NCBI GenBank assembly: GCA_965223335.1
Contig: OZ244991.1
Coordinates: 1,088,001 to 1,152,000 of the forward strand
Direction: 5' to 3'
From: Thermodesulfobacteriota bacterium
GTDB lineage: Bacteria > Desulfobacterota_D > UBA1144 > Nemesobacterales > UBA2774
DNA length: 64,000 nt
In this document: positions 62,748 to 64,000 of the stretch, in pieces
Layout of the letters: the number at the start of each line of letters is the position of its first letter
How positions within the stretch are numbered: position 1 is the stretch's first letter
Made by a program: the position numbers and the translations under genes
The notes under the pieces: model-generated
The model's database searches: none
Told to the model about the DNA's origin: nothing
Seen by the model: only the letters and a program-made list of their open reading frames with translations

Positions 62748-63111
62748 ACATGTCTAATATCATATTTACCTTGTGTACTATTTCATCTGCTGAACTGCCT
62801 TTCGTAATGTAACCGATAGCTCCGATTTCCAAACACTCTTTCATCTTATTAATTTCCGACACAGCCGTGAGCATTAGCACTGGTATCTTCTTTAATTTTG
62901 GGTCCTCTTTAAGGATCTTCAATACCTCGATGCCGTTTAAGTTCGGCATTAGAATATCAAGGATAATTACATCCGGTTTTGATTGTGTTAGTTTTACAAG
63001 CGCATCACCGCCGTCGTTAGCGGTTTCGACCTCGTAGTTTCTGGACATAAGGTTTTTGCGATAGAGTTCTCTAAGTGATTCTTCGTCTTCTATCAATAAG
63101 ATCTTAGCCAT
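62707..63111 (-). CDS. Single-domain response regulator (CheY-like receiver)
   Basis: ILLIEDE, ILDILMP..NG, MLTA, YITK. Confidence 0.9.
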   Translation of the reverse strand: MAKILLIEDEESLRELYRKNLMSRNYEVETANDGGDALVKLTQSKPDVIILDILMPNLNGIEVLKILKEDPKLKKIPVLMLTAVSEINKMKECLEIGAIGYITKGSSADEIVHKVNMILDMFNEGGGKDNQKGV

Positions 63112-63444
63112 AAATACGCTCCTTTAGTAATGCTTACATATATTCTATTTTAGTGTGTTATATCTGCTTATATTAATACATATTAACCAACAAATACACC
63201 ATCACCTACTCGTAACTATACACCTACTATTAGTGCATATGACATACCAATTGCCTATCTGCGATGTAACCAGCTTATATTACAGAAATAATTTTTATAT
63301 TATTTAGTGGTAATATGGCGGGTTAATAGTTTTGTCTATAGATATTAAACATATCAATGACAAAATGCTTCAAAAGCAGAAAAGCCCTCAGATTCATTTG
63401 TAGGTAGCAGTAAGCCGTTGAAAAGCCTCAAAATAGTGCAATAT

Positions 63445-63470
63445 CTGGGGCACAATCCTTAGTGCCCCAG
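63445..63470 (-). terminator. GC-rich hairpin downstream of the HU gene, possible terminator
   Basis: CTGGGGCAC-N8-GTGCCCCAG about 70 nt past the stop; U-tract weak. Confidence 0.45.
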
Positions 63471-63540
63471 AGGATGTTGTCAACTTAATGGTGTTTGTGT
63501 ACTTAGGTTTTCCCGCTTTCGAGATAGACCTGAGTGCGGG

Positions 63541-63831
63541 TTAACTTAGTATTGAGTCCTTAGCAGCTTTTGCTACTCTAAACTTAACTACTCTCTTTGC
63601 AGGAATCTGTATAGTTTCCCCAGTCGCAGGGTTTCTGCCCGTTCTTGCCTTGCGATTATCGAGGACTAGTTTACCTAAACCAGGTAATGTGAACTGACCA
63701 TTTGTTTTAGCTTCCTTGTAAGCTACGGCTGCGAGTTCGTCGAGTATTTCGGTAGCAGCCTTTTTTGTGATACCTGCTGAATCAGCTATATGGGCTGATA
63801 ACTGGGATTTGGTCATAGGTTTGTTCGCCAT
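63541..63831 (-). CDS. HU family DNA-binding protein
   Basis: MTKSQL, F.LPGLGKL, RKARTGRNPATGE.I.IPAK.VVKF; GGAGG RBS. Confidence 0.92.
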   Translation of the reverse strand: MANKPMTKSQLSAHIADSAGITKKAATEILDELAAVAYKEAKTNGQFTLPGLGKLVLDNRKARTGRNPATGETIQIPAKRVVKFRVAKAAKDSILS

Positions 63832-64000
63832 TTCCCCTCCTTTGTTACGGATTTTTTGTCAGTATTACAGAAAATGCTGTAAAAATCAATATTTTATATT
63901 TAGAAGATAATAATTGTAATTTATTGTTCTATATATCCACATACATCAATCGCGTAGATTAACAAGACACTGTAAACTATACTGTATATCGAATTGTATC

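Noticed and set aside
63234..63250. Minus-strand GG-N10-GC (TGGTATGTCATATGC) as a sigma54 promoter for the response regulator
   Set aside because: Several mismatches to consensus and no full enhancer palindrome at the expected distance; too weak to call
1..64000. CRISPR arrays, rRNA, IS elements, riboswitches
   Set aside because: No regularly spaced short repeats, rRNA-like sequence or transposases seen; structured ncRNAs cannot be excluded without a covariance-model search

Overview
Bacterial chromosomal window, mostly housekeeping genes (nadA/C/B, glnD, pheT, ihfA, tilS, tmk, holB, metG, ilvD, coaBC, HU). Gene style suggests a deltaproteobacteria-like lineage, possibly Ca. Dadabacteria; this is inference only. 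Two accessory regions stand out. (1) An AT-rich islet follows tRNA-Glu(CTC) at about 2.8-9.6 kb. It carries a decayed copy of the tRNA, secreted proteins and a convergent restriction-modification-like pair. The pair is an 878-aa fused double amino-methyltransferase with an N-terminal ribbon-helix-helix-like segment and a 13-bp perfect inverted repeat just upstream, plus a zinc-finger/HNH nuclease. (2) Two type IVa pilus tip cassettes (pilV-pilW-pilX-pilY1-fimT-like) lie in tandem at 41.0-57.6 kb. The pilV/W/X part is a 2,670-bp near-identical direct repeat that stops at the pilY1 start. The two PilY1 adhesins, the FimT-like pilins and the promoter regions have diverged. One PilY1 has an intact vWA MIDAS motif and the other a degenerate one. 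Each cassette has its own sigma54-type promoter with the same enhancer-like palindrome at the same spacing. I consider this constant-adaptor, variable-adhesin arrangement the best candidate for an undescribed system, subject to a long-read check of the assembly. Also noted: a PsrA-like TetR regulator with a PsrA-type operator directly upstream of a group 2/RpoS-like sigma factor, and a stand-alone CrtEb/LyeJ-like prenyltransferase. All family calls come from motif recognition by eye; no searches were run.
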